A stretch of 64,000 nt of DNA from an uncultured virus (IMG/VR IMGVR_UViG_3300037790_000020) (Duplodnaviria > Heunggongvirae > Uroviricota > Caudoviricetes). Of this stretch, positions 55,664 to 64,000 are shown piece after piece (position 1 is the stretch's first letter; each line of letters opens with the position of its first letter). The notes under the pieces were generated by a model. It was not told the DNA's origin, did no database searches, and worked only from the letters and a program-made list of their open reading frames with translations. The translations under genes were made by a program, and so were the position numbers. The stretch is taken from IMG/VR virus record IMGVR_UViG_3300037790_000020, one strand, 5' to 3'.

Positions 55664-56713
55664 TTACTTTGCCACTACTTTTATATTCCATTTAGAGACC
55701 GTTAAAGTTCGACCACCACCAGAACCGCCGGGCCTAATAGTTACGATACTGTTACCAATATTTACATCTATATTTGTATCATCTACAACAGTAGTAGTTT
55801 GGATATAGGAATTACTTTCATCTGAACGAAAATAAGCGGAAGGGGCCTCAATAATTTCACCCACGCTGTATTCATTATCTGTGGATATACATTTCAGATA
55901 AACTTTCCAATCTATAGGAGTAGTGCCAAGTCCGTGAGTATATGTTTTTGTACTGTTTGTTGAAAAAGAAGAATACCCACTGTCGTACGCCCAACCTGTT
56001 GCAGCAGCTACACCTGCTGGAGTAACCGCTCTTTCTGTATCAGTACCCGCCTGAGCTTCTGCCACAGTTGCTAATTCTACAATACCTTTTGTTGTTTCAT
56101 CAGCATCACTTACGGTAACAGTAGCGGTTCCTGCATCAGCATCAATAACTAATGACCCACTAGGAGTTAAAGCCACAGGCTCGTTACTTGAATTGAAAGA
56201 AACTAATGAATCTTCTGTGCTACCTGAAAAAGCAGCAATAGGCCCAAGACCTAGATTAGTTCTGGCAGTTTCAGCATCTTCTAAATCTGATAAATTATTA
56301 TTTAAATCAAGAAAAGGTAGGGGGTGTACTTCAGTACCGTCACAATATAAAATACTTACTTGCCCATCAGTTAATGTTAATGTTTGTCCACTTCCCGTAG
56401 TAACAACTACATTGCTCGCATCTGAAGTAGCGTTGTGGACCATATAAACCTTATTAACAGTAGGAATGGTCACATTTCTTGAAGTTCCGGGGCTTCCAGT
56501 AAATTTAAGTACAGCAGCACGAGATTGGTCAGCGGTTCCATTATTAGTTGTTAAGGTAACATTCCCTGCTGTAACAGAAACCTCTTCTACACCAGCAATT
56601 GCTTCTTCTATAAGCTCGATAGTATTTTCATTCAATATATCTCCCCAAGTGTTATTATTTTCACCTGTTGCTTGTTTTGCTAACCTTAATAAATTACTAT
56701 AACTTGTTGCCAT
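55664..56713 (-). CDS. Tail fibre protein
   Basis: QATGENNNTWG N terminus, NNLSDL...ARTNLGL, ADETTKGIVELAT.AE..AGTD..RAVTP. Confidence 0.8.
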   Translation of the reverse strand: MATSYSNLLRLAKQATGENNNTWGDILNENTIELIEEAIAGVEEVSVTAGNVTLTTNNGTADQSRAAVLKFTGSPGTSRNVTIPTVNKVYMVHNATSDASNVVVTTGSGQTLTLTDGQVSILYCDGTEVHPLPFLDLNNNLSDLEDAETARTNLGLGPIAAFSGSTEDSLVSFNSSNEPVALTPSGSLVIDADAGTATVTVSDADETTKGIVELATVAEAQAGTDTERAVTPAGVAAATGWAYDSGYSSFSTNSTKTYTHGLGTTPIDWKVYLKCISTDNEYSVGEIIEAPSAYFRSDESNSYIQTTTVVDDTNIDVNIGNSIVTIRPGGSGGGRTLTVSKWNIKVVAK

Positions 56714-56718
56714 TTTAT

Positions 56719-57378
56719 TTAACCTTTCGTATTAAGACCCCCTTCAGGATTATAGACGTGAGCATTATCATCCCGTCTATCTCGTACTCCTTCTATATTG
56801 GTCGAGCCGAGAGCTTCTTGAAGCTTATTTTCCCATTCGGCTTTAAATTCTGAATCTCTCATCCATTCTGCTGCCGCACTTAAAGATGCGTATAAAAGAA
56901 GGTCGGGGTACTTCGTTATAAATATATTTGTTTGGTTACTAGAACTTAAAGCTGTTGGTTGAGCCTCATAATCAATAGTAACATTATAGCTTCCGTCGGC
57001 AGTTGGAGCCACTGTCCATTGTGTATCATTTTTATTCCCATAATATTTAGGCACTCCTGTAGCCGTAGTTGAAGGCCAATAATCTCTTATAAAAGATTCA
57101 CTTTTACGTATAAGCCTGACTAATTCTCCGCCAACTGTTATATATAAATTTTTTGTTACTCTATGGTCTGTAGGTTTTGTTATCGTCTTATTATTTACCG
57201 TTAAAGTTTTACTCGTATCTTCTTTTGTAAAATCATGGTCCACTAAACGAAATAAACGTTCTTCGGCTAAATATATAGCTGTAGGTATATAATCAACAAA
57301 TTCTTGAGAAGTATCTTCTGCAATTTCTTGGATTATCGCTTTTAAATTATTATAACTAGTGGGTAAATAAGTAGTCAT
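56719..57378 (-). CDS. Head-tail adaptor
   Basis: IYLAEERL, GVPKYY, VAPTAD..Y, YPDLLLYASL. Confidence 0.75.
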   Translation of the reverse strand: MTTYLPTSYNNLKAIIQEIAEDTSQEFVDYIPTAIYLAEERLFRLVDHDFTKEDTSKTLTVNNKTITKPTDHRVTKNLYITVGGELVRLIRKSESFIRDYWPSTTATGVPKYYGNKNDTQWTVAPTADGSYNVTIDYEAQPTALSSSNQTNIFITKYPDLLLYASLSAAAEWMRDSEFKAEWENKLQEALGSTNIEGVRDRRDDNAHVYNPEGGLNTKG

Positions 57379-57381
57379 TGA

Positions 57382-57906
57382 TTATCTAACCTTCACATTC
57401 TCTAGTTCTTTTGGCCACAGTCTTTTTAATTCTTCTACGGTCTCAGCTTTTTTTAAATCAAACTTTTGAGGTATATCTCTCAATTTTTGTTTTTCTAACT
57501 GAACATCTTTTCCTTTTAAAGTTTCTATATCTAATTCTCTTAACTTAATATCTCTAAAAAAGCGAATACGATTCATATGAATATCACGAGCCTTATTTAT
57601 ATCAATATCTACTTTACCATCTCTATCAATAAAGGCTTCTTGAAAAGTGCTATCAAAAGTTCCATCAGATTTTCCATCAGGTAAATTAGAACTGTCAATC
57701 AATTTCCATGTAATTTCTGCATTCTCATAACCTTTTTTAGCTTTTAAATTTTTAATAGCTGTATTTGCTGCAAAAGATATGGCCTGTTCTTCTGCCACAC
57801 CCTGTTCAATAAGTTTTCTAATAATTGAAACGTATTCACCATCTTTTCGGCTTATTAAACCAAGCTGAACACGCCCATCCCCAAAAATATATTTAATAAC
57901 TTTCAT
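57382..57906 (-). CDS. Tail fibre assembly-like protein
   Basis: IDINKARDIH..RIR..R...L..LD...KQKLRDIP...WP; directly after the fibre gene. Confidence 0.6.
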   Translation of the reverse strand: MKVIKYIFGDGRVQLGLISRKDGEYVSIIRKLIEQGVAEEQAISFAANTAIKNLKAKKGYENAEITWKLIDSSNLPDGKSDGTFDSTFQEAFIDRDGKVDIDINKARDIHMNRIRFFRDIKLRELDIETLKGKDVQLEKQKLRDIPQKFDLKKAETVEELKRLWPKELENVKVR

Positions 57907-59609
57907 TATGCTAAATCTCCAAACACTGTTGCACAAACTCTTTCCATATCATAGTTCGCCCCATTTCCTGTCTGTGATAAAAGAGTGAAAGCTGTTGTTG
58001 TATAAACACCCCCATCAGCAGGGTCGAGTAAAGCAAGAGCATCGTTTGAAGTCCCCCTTTCCGGCTGAGTTCCTGCTAATGCTACAGCGTAGTTAGCATT
58101 AGCCATAGTTACCCCAAGATTTACCACCCATTCACCAGCACCACTATCTGTAATACTCGATACATTGAAATCATCGTTTATTGCAACGGTACCTTTACCA
58201 CCAAAATTAACCCATGCTTTAGCTATACCATCACTTGTAGGTACAGCGCCATCGACATAAGTCTTAACAGATTGTTGTGATGGGATAGCTGTAGCACTGT
58301 TCGAGGACATATCATCCTCATCAACAAAATCTAACTGAGAAAAAGTATCTGTTCCAGTTGAATATGGAATCTTGTTAGCGCCTGTAGATAAACCGGCTAA
58401 TGCTGTTAAAGTAGCATCAAAAGCCTGTACATCAGTACCTATAACCAAACCTAAGTTAGTTCTCGCTCCAGATGCATCAGAAGCCCCTGTTCCCCCATCG
58501 GTTACCGCTACGTCTGTACCACTAGGAGCATAATAATCTGTACCTTCAACAGCAGCAGAAAATGCAGATATACCATTACCCTTTACAATTCCAGTAAGAG
58601 TTGAAACTCCAGTACCACCATTGGCTACTTCTAAATCAGTACCCGACCAATCCGCATTATTAACTGTAGATTGTTCAGCTAAGGAACCTAGGCCTAAAGT
58701 TGTTCTTTGAGCAGAAGCATCTGCATCATCAAGTAAAGCCCGACCTGCCGCAGTACATGAAATCTCTTCTATCGTACCCGCACCAGCTGTTTCCCTACCC
58801 AACAAAACATTGGTTCCTGATGTATCTTGCATTTTGTCATAAGTAACAGTGTCGGCATTAATGGACCAAACTGTTCCGGTTCCTGAAACAGTAATATCGC
58901 CATAATTATCATCGTCAACCACAGTACTTATATTATTATCTACGTAGGCTTTAATACATTCACTTGTTGCTAAAGAAGTATCGGAAGCTGTTGCAAGGGT
59001 ATCATCATCAATAACAGTATAACTAGAAAGAGTATCTAACTGAGCATCCCACGCCTGTACATCGGTACCTATTACAAGACCTAAAGTACTACGTGCATCT
59101 CCTGCGGTAGCATCATCTACTAAAGTAGCTCCAAAAGCAGAGATAGTTGTCGAATCAGGAACATTGAGAGTTTTAATACCAGAAAGAGAAGTTACTTCTG
59201 AATCCATTAATGCACCAGCAGCAGTTACATTTGCCGTATCTGTTACATCAGCTAAATCCTCAATTCCATCTAATTTAGTTTCATCAGCAGTTGTAAAACT
59301 AGCTGTAGTAGCATCTAAAACTGCGGACCAACCCTGTACATCAGTACCTATAACCAAACCTAAGTTAGTTCTTGCATCTGCTGCTGTTGAGGCACCTGTA
59401 CCACCATCGGCAACAGTAATATCAGTAATTCCAGTAATAGAACCGCCTGTAATTAAAACTGCGTCAGCATCTTGAGTAGCAATGGTACCGTAGGCATCTT
59501 CGATAATATCTGAAATAGCCACATTATAAAGAGCACCTGCAATATTAGCGATTACGGTAGTAGCCCCGGTTACTACAGTTGAAGTTGGTAAGTCATTTGG
59601 TTTTGTCAT
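57906..59609 (-). CDS. Repeat-containing tail or head fibre
   Basis: Recurring GGTGAS..ARTNLGLVIGTDVQ; C-terminal AKAWVNFGG...FNVSSITD.G.G. Confidence 0.8.
   Translation of the reverse strand: MTKPNDLPTSTVVTGATTVIANIAGALYNVAISDIIEDAYGTIATQDADAVLITGGSITGITDITVADGGTGASTAADARTNLGLVIGTDVQGWSAVLDATTASFTTADETKLDGIEDLADVTDTANVTAAGALMDSEVTSLSGIKTLNVPDSTTISAFGATLVDDATAGDARSTLGLVIGTDVQAWDAQLDTLSSYTVIDDDTLATASDTSLATSECIKAYVDNNISTVVDDDNYGDITVSGTGTVWSINADTVTYDKMQDTSGTNVLLGRETAGAGTIEEISCTAAGRALLDDADASAQRTTLGLGSLAEQSTVNNADWSGTDLEVANGGTGVSTLTGIVKGNGISAFSAAVEGTDYYAPSGTDVAVTDGGTGASDASGARTNLGLVIGTDVQAFDATLTALAGLSTGANKIPYSTGTDTFSQLDFVDEDDMSSNSATAIPSQQSVKTYVDGAVPTSDGIAKAWVNFGGKGTVAINDDFNVSSITDSGAGEWVVNLGVTMANANYAVALAGTQPERGTSNDALALLDPADGGVYTTTAFTLLSQTGNGANYDMERVCATVFGDLA
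58424..59372. repeat. 40-bp exact direct repeat within the fibre gene (58424-58463 and 59333-59372)
   Basis: CCTGTACATCAGTACCTATAACCAAACCTAAGTTAGTTCT twice, 909 bp apart; degenerate copy near 59054. Confidence 0.93.
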
Positions 59610-59963
59610 TTAATTAGCTTCCAATTTGTTTTGTCCTAAGTTATCTATAAATAATGGTGTAGAAGAAGTTGTACTATTATTTTCTAAATAAAGACTTGTA
59701 ACTTCACTTACAGCGCCAGAAGGAACATTTCGAGCATGTTGAAGTTTTTGTGGCTCAGCAGGCACCTGTGGCTCCTTATAAGCTTCAGTTATATTCCACT
59801 TCCCATCATCTTCTGATTTATGAATCCAATGTCCAGTTCCTTCCTCTATTTTCATTTGTGAGTACTTATAGGGCATTCCAGAACGGTCACTAAATCCAGT
59901 AACTCCTTTAGAACTAGCCCACTTCCGTCTTCCTAATCGTCTACGTCTACTTTTAAGTCTCAT
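59610..59963 (-). CDS. Conserved podovirus neck-region protein
   Basis: GFSDRSGMPYKYSQM...EPQKLQHAR; ATG 59963 preferred. Confidence 0.65.
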   Translation of the reverse strand: MRLKSRRRRLGRRKWASSKGVTGFSDRSGMPYKYSQMKIEEGTGHWIHKSEDDGKWNITEAYKEPQVPAEPQKLQHARNVPSGAVSEVTSLYLENNSTTSSTPLFIDNLGQNKLEAN

Positions 59964-59965
59964 TA

Positions 59966-60649
59966 TTATCTTGGGATATCGGGATAAACCCAAAAATCCG
60001 TTCTTTCTCTATCCTCTAAAAACGCCCGGTCTAATCGAGCTTCGTATTCTTGGAAAATTGCTGCTACTTTTTCCGCCTCTATCCCCTCTTTTTTAAATGA
60101 CATAAAATAGGCTAAACCCATTGATAGGGCGGGAAGATAACGATAATTCATATCCACTAATTGATATGACTTTGTAACATCTTTATGGCGGCGCATACCC
60201 CAATATTCAATAGTACCGGAAGCTGCATCTGAATCAGGAACAGGCCAAACAATTAGTTTAGATGGACTTACAGTTCTATCAAAAGCATATGTATTTGGTT
60301 TGCCGTCTGTAGATTTAGTTGGTATATTGAAATAATCAAAAAGGGAGGTGGGATACATTTGAATTTCAGTACCATCACTAGTTTTAAAATTAACATCTAA
60401 AATTCCAATGATATCAGCATCTAGGGTATATTCGGCTTGGTCTTGTACTAAAGATACTGAGTTTTTCTCTAAATGGGCTAAAGGATACTCACGATTAGCC
60501 AAATCAATCATTAACAAATTCAGTGAGCGTCTTGCTGAACGCATATCGTAGCCGTTCGTATATTCACCCTTCAAAATATCAAAAGCTTCTTCTAATATCT
60601 CATCAACAGGTAAATTAAACTCAGTTGTAGCTGAAACGGCTTCTACCAT
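59966..60649 (-). CDS. Head-tail adaptor / tail tubular protein A-like
   Basis: EILEEAF...GYDMRSARRSLNLL..DLANR, GKP, VWPVPD, RYLPALSMGLAY. Confidence 0.8.
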   Translation of the reverse strand: MVEAVSATTEFNLPVDEILEEAFDILKGEYTNGYDMRSARRSLNLLMIDLANREYPLAHLEKNSVSLVQDQAEYTLDADIIGILDVNFKTSDGTEIQMYPTSLFDYFNIPTKSTDGKPNTYAFDRTVSPSKLIVWPVPDSDAASGTIEYWGMRRHKDVTKSYQLVDMNYRYLPALSMGLAYFMSFKKEGIEAEKVAAIFQEYEARLDRAFLEDRERTDFWVYPDIPR

Positions 60650-60673
60650 TATTTATATCTCCTTTGCGTATTT

Positions 60674-60682
60674 ATTATACCA
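60674..60682 (-). promoter_or_regulatory. Extended -10 element TGgTATAAT
   Basis: Intergenic, followed by an AAGGAG SD. Confidence 0.55.
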
Positions 60683-60694
60683 GTTTCTTAATAT

Positions 60695-61918
60695 TTACGC
60701 AGTTCCATCTAATACTCTCGTACCAATTTGCTGAATTGGAACCGTGGTTTCATCCTGGCAGCAGGCAAATACGTAAAGCCCTGAGGGGGTAACATCGACC
60801 ACGTTATGGTCGGCCTGAATACCGGGAAAGATGTTTACTTTCGTTGAGGCCGTGCAGACTAAGCTCTCACTGACGCTCACAACAACAGCTGCCCCGGCCT
60901 GAGGCGATTCATCCTGCATACGGGAAGCGAACATAGCGCACCTGTTTGGAAGCTCCGTGACTGTACCTGTTCCCTGAAAGATATCGTTGCTGCCGAATAT
61001 AGCCGTTGCCGCCGTGCCTCTTGTGATATTCTCTCCATCCCACGAATAAGCATTGGCATCAACACTGGAACCGCCAGCGTTTTCATAGGCCATTACACAA
61101 ACATCATCGGCAATGTAAGCGGCCATCATATCGTCATACTGGTTGGAGGCAGCATCGACATCAATCCGGGCTTCTTCCGTGCAGTTTGTGCCAGATACGC
61201 TAAAGTACCTCACAGCGGAATCCTCAGCCGCCACATCGGTATTACCAACCCAAAAAGCGGAACCGTCCGCCTTCGCCTTACAGATAGCCGGGTAGTCCAG
61301 AGTGGAGTTAATATCCACTCTCGTGCCAATCGTAATATTATCGCCGTTGGTATCAATCACAAACACCTGCCCGTTTGATGTATCGCCATCATCACGCATC
61401 ACGGCAGCTGCTTTTGTGCCGCTAAGCTCAGTTAAAGCACAGCGGAAATTAGGCGTGGTCAGGTTAAGGGATGTCTCTACGTCCGTCTCTGTCAGGGTTT
61501 TGCCGGATTTGGTAAGTAAGGCCACTACCCCGGTCGAGCCGGAAGTCGTGCTTTCATAAAGACAGAGGAATTTTGTATCGCTTAATTTAACGATATTAAA
61601 GCCTGTACCATCGGCATGAGTAAGCTGGACTGGCGTGTTGGTGTCTATCGCGTCAAATGCCTTGTCTGCGATATCGACGACAACGGCCTGAACATTATTA
61701 TCAGCGTCCTGATAAATCATTACAGCCTCAGTGTCCGAAACAGCAGCTATGTCTTGCGCGCCTGTACCGCCACCAGTTGCGAGTTGCGTAACACTTCCAT
61801 CATTGGTACCATCCCAAGAAGCCCAATCAGCAGAAGGAGCTACGACAGTAGATTCTGAAAACATAGTTTCTTGAGATGAACCTAATACAGAATTAATTAA
61901 GGAGTTTCTAATTGTCAT
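60695..61918 (-). CDS. Probable beta-propeller virion protein with GC-rich body
   Basis: About 50-aa quasi-repeats (SDTEAVMIY, SDTKFLCLY, SGTKAAAVM, ADDVCVMAY); codon usage visibly foreign. Confidence 0.65.
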   Translation of the reverse strand: MTIRNSLINSVLGSSQETMFSESTVVAPSADWASWDGTNDGSVTQLATGGGTGAQDIAAVSDTEAVMIYQDADNNVQAVVVDIADKAFDAIDTNTPVQLTHADGTGFNIVKLSDTKFLCLYESTTSGSTGVVALLTKSGKTLTETDVETSLNLTTPNFRCALTELSGTKAAAVMRDDGDTSNGQVFVIDTNGDNITIGTRVDINSTLDYPAICKAKADGSAFWVGNTDVAAEDSAVRYFSVSGTNCTEEARIDVDAASNQYDDMMAAYIADDVCVMAYENAGGSSVDANAYSWDGENITRGTAATAIFGSNDIFQGTGTVTELPNRCAMFASRMQDESPQAGAAVVVSVSESLVCTASTKVNIFPGIQADHNVVDVTPSGLYVFACCQDETTVPIQQIGTRVLDGTA

Positions 61919-61932
61919 TGTTTAACTCCTTT

Positions 61933-62259
61933 TTAAATAAACCCTTGTACTTTTGCTACCCCATTAGTACCTGTTTTAACTGCCCTAATAAAAGTAAATG
62001 TTCCTATAAGAGCATCATTCTCATCAGTATTTCCTGTATAAGTTTCTATAGTGGTTATATCGGAAGCCCCTATAACACCAGCTAAAGCAGTGGCATCATC
62101 AGCCTCTAGAGTAGTACCTTGAATTGTAATAGTATCTGAAGCATTCATATTCACTTGAATAGTTCTATAAACAGAAGCATTTTGTGGTTCTAATTGAATC
62201 CAATCTCCGTTTCCAGCGCTATCCGTATTTAATAGAACGACATGTCTCATTCCCGCCAT
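61933..62259 (-). CDS. Small beta-rich virion protein
   Basis: 108 aa, TITIQGT...FIRAV; follows the capsid gene. Confidence 0.6.
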   Translation of the reverse strand: MAGMRHVVLLNTDSAGNGDWIQLEPQNASVYRTIQVNMNASDTITIQGTTLEADDATALAGVIGASDITTIETYTGNTDENDALIGTFTFIRAVKTGTNGVAKVQGFI

Positions 62260-62294
62260 AATTATTTTCTCCTTTTCAATAATTAACCTTATCT

Positions 62295-62303
62295 ATTATA
62301 GCA
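62295..62303 (-). promoter_or_regulatory. Extended -10 element TGcTATAAT
   Basis: Just downstream of the capsid terminator, followed by an AAGGAG SD. Confidence 0.55.
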
Positions 62304-62318
62304 TCTTTCGATAGAATC

Positions 62319-62346
62319 AGAAAAGGCCCTCAAAAGGGCCTTTTCT
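62319..62346 (-). terminator. Intrinsic terminator after the major capsid gene
   Basis: AGAAAAGGCCCT-CAAA-AGGGCCTTTTCT perfect inverted repeat with T runs on both strands. Confidence 0.85.
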
Positions 62347-62394
62347 TTATTGGTTAGTGAGGAACAACCAAAATTTTAATAATTCATAAGCGGC

Positions 62395-63333
62395 TTATGA
62401 ACCACCTGCTGAACCGTAAACTTTACGCCAGTTACCAACCATGAAAGCATAACGCTCAGTAGCAGTAGTAATAATATTACCAGTGTACGGGTCAGTATAC
62501 TCCATGTCGATTTCTAATGGGCGTCTCTGCCAATGAATAAGACCGTAGTCTACATCAGTCATAATGAACCAAGCATTAGAATCCGTCAAGTAATCGTAAA
62601 TCATAAAATCTTGGAAAAATCCACGAGACTTAAGGCTATTCACATTGTTTGTGTTAGTACCATAGTCAGGACTTGTACCAGTAGCAATACTAGTGCTCAA
62701 GTCAGATTTAAGGATTTCGAAGGCATCAAAAGCATCATCAGGGTGTACAATAAGTTTCTGAGGAGCAACTTTAATTTTAAGTTGTCTGTCATCAACAAAG
62801 TCTGTACGGATAGTCGTGATAGCGTTTTTCAACGACGTATCAGAAATATCAGCACTTACAGAGTTAGAAACTGTACCACCAAATTGCAATGGGTGAGCTG
62901 TATCACAAAGAGGCTCGCCATCACCAATTGGTGCACCTGAATCAAAAGCTAGGTTAAAGATAGAAGCTCCACGAAGTTCTTTGGTTTCGCCCATAGAACG
63001 TGAAAGATTCTGACCCATCATCTCGGACTTAGACTCATAAAGGTTATCTTCAATAGCTTCACGAGTAATCGCAAAACCCAATCCAATAACTGAGTGTTCT
63101 GCACGAGCGGTATAACCGTCACTCATTGTGTCTAGGAAGATTTGGTCACCTTCTGGCTTCACAGGTGCAAGACCCGTTCCAACAGTCATAATCATTTCTT
63201 CATAGGCTTTATCTGACTTCTTAGTTTCGAAAACTTGTTTACACTGTTCGGTAAAACGTGCGTAGTTTTTTCCCATCAATCCCGCAAGACCGGGACGAAG
63301 GCGTTTAACAATATCTGCTCTACTTAATGGCAT
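62395..63333 (-). CDS. Major capsid protein
   Basis: LRPGL, SDKAYEE, APVKPEG, LGFAITREAIEDNLY, GDGEPLCDTAHPL, KLIVHP, YLTDSNAWFI, ERYAF...WR..YGS.G. Confidence 0.92.
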   Translation of the reverse strand: MPLSRADIVKRLRPGLAGLMGKNYARFTEQCKQVFETKKSDKAYEEMIMTVGTGLAPVKPEGDQIFLDTMSDGYTARAEHSVIGLGFAITREAIEDNLYESKSEMMGQNLSRSMGETKELRGASIFNLAFDSGAPIGDGEPLCDTAHPLQFGGTVSNSVSADISDTSLKNAITTIRTDFVDDRQLKIKVAPQKLIVHPDDAFDAFEILKSDLSTSIATGTSPDYGTNTNNVNSLKSRGFFQDFMIYDYLTDSNAWFIMTDVDYGLIHWQRRPLEIDMEYTDPYTGNIITTATERYAFMVGNWRKVYGSAGGS

Positions 63334-63350
63334 GTCATCTTACCTTTCTA

Positions 63351-63896
63351 TTAAACAAACTTAACGAGAACCGTTGCCGGGTCATCGCCGAAGTCATTTC
63401 CTTGAGTTTCATCAATTGCTACAATCTCAACAAGACGATTTTCAGAAGTTACTGAAGCGTCCAAATCAACTACTGCTTGAGAACGTCCAAGGGTAACTGT
63501 ACCAGCGTTTTTAACGCGGAACTGTTGACCAATGTGTGTCTGAGCAAGAGCAGCATCATCTGTATCGATTCTAAACAATCTATCTGCTACAGGTTCGATA
63601 ATGGCAACAACATCAGTGAAGCCAGCAACCGTACCAGAGTTTGTAGTACCCGCAGGAAAGTTGTCAAGCATACGCCATTCACCATTAGCATCGATATACT
63701 CAATACCTCGGAGAATATGAGTAGCTTGGACTGTCTCGGGGGTAAGAATCAGGTAACCATCTGTGTGGACATGTACCGGGTCACCATGACCAATCGCGGT
63801 GTTATAACCATTATCAATGGTTGCGCGAGTTAGGCCAACAGCACCAGTAATACCACTAGAACTTTTACCTGTAGAATTAAAACCTGTATTAGCCAT
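63351..63896 (-). CDS. Capsid cement / decoration protein
   Basis: 181 aa, beta-rich, TAIGHGDPV; immediately upstream of the major capsid gene. Confidence 0.7.
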   Translation of the reverse strand: MANTGFNSTGKSSSGITGAVGLTRATIDNGYNTAIGHGDPVHVHTDGYLILTPETVQATHILRGIEYIDANGEWRMLDNFPAGTTNSGTVAGFTDVVAIIEPVADRLFRIDTDDAALAQTHIGQQFRVKNAGTVTLGRSQAVVDLDASVTSENRLVEIVAIDETQGNDFGDDPATVLVKFV

Positions 63897-64000
63897 AAGC
63901 TAGGTCTCCTTCTCTCTGTTTGTCCCCATTATTTATGTGAAACTGAAAGAAGGAGGGAACACCTATTAATCTTCAAAAAAGCCTTTTTTCAGTTTTAAGT

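Noticed and set aside
55664..61918. Diversity-generating retroelement acting on fibres
   Set aside because: No reverse transcriptase, and no template/variable repeat pair differing at adenines was noticed; the repeats found are internal structural repeats.
41994..63833. Plus-strand ORFs in the late region (for example 45091-45471, 48304-48756, 53054-53455, 62533-62940) and minus-strand ORFs in the early region
   Set aside because: They are antisense shadows of well-supported genes, with no recognisable motifs.
1..64000. Temperate lifestyle or prophage
   Set aside because: No integrase, repressor/cro switch, partition genes or flanking host genes seen; the unseen segment prevents full exclusion.
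63966..64000. 3' end of a minus-strand ORF (...LKLKKGFFED-stop)
   Set aside because: Too little sequence to annotate; probably the head gene upstream of the cement protein.

Overview
The window covers most of the genome of a lytic-looking, podovirus-type tailed dsDNA phage of a Gram-negative host. An alphaproteobacterial host is plausible but not provable from sequence alone. The window starts inside the portal gene and ends just upstream of the capsid cement gene, so a scaffold and portal-end segment is missing. Minus strand 1-4364: portal, terL and terS, followed by a non-coding, repeat-rich switch region at about 4.4-5.2 kb. Plus strand about 5.2-41.7 kb, early and middle genes: a T3-type SAM lyase, two tandem amidoligase + class II glutamine amidotransferase pairs and a gamma-glutamylcyclotransferase, RNA end-healing and sealing enzymes, a compositionally foreign cluster of small ORFs, nucleotide pyrophosphatases, a T7-type primase-helicase, a family A polymerase, SSB, exonuclease, resolvase, an initiator-like tRNA-Met, and nrdB-dfrB-nrdA. 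Minus strand about 41.7-64 kb, late genes: spanins, holin, endolysin, a stand-alone PAS protein, ejection proteins, tail and fibres, adaptors, major capsid and cement. No integrase, RNA polymerase, CRISPR array or PurZ was seen. The most notable observations are the duplicated amidoligase/GATase/GGCT module, an R67-type DfrB wedged between the RNR subunits, the stand-alone PAS protein at the ejection/lysis junction, a tRNA-shaped RNA with no anticodon arm, an initiator tRNA with flipped anticodon-stem pairs, a large structured early RNA, and a split GGxV / SDDIPAMLSEGEYV motif spread over several late proteins. All calls come from reading motifs by eye; no searches or folding programs were run.
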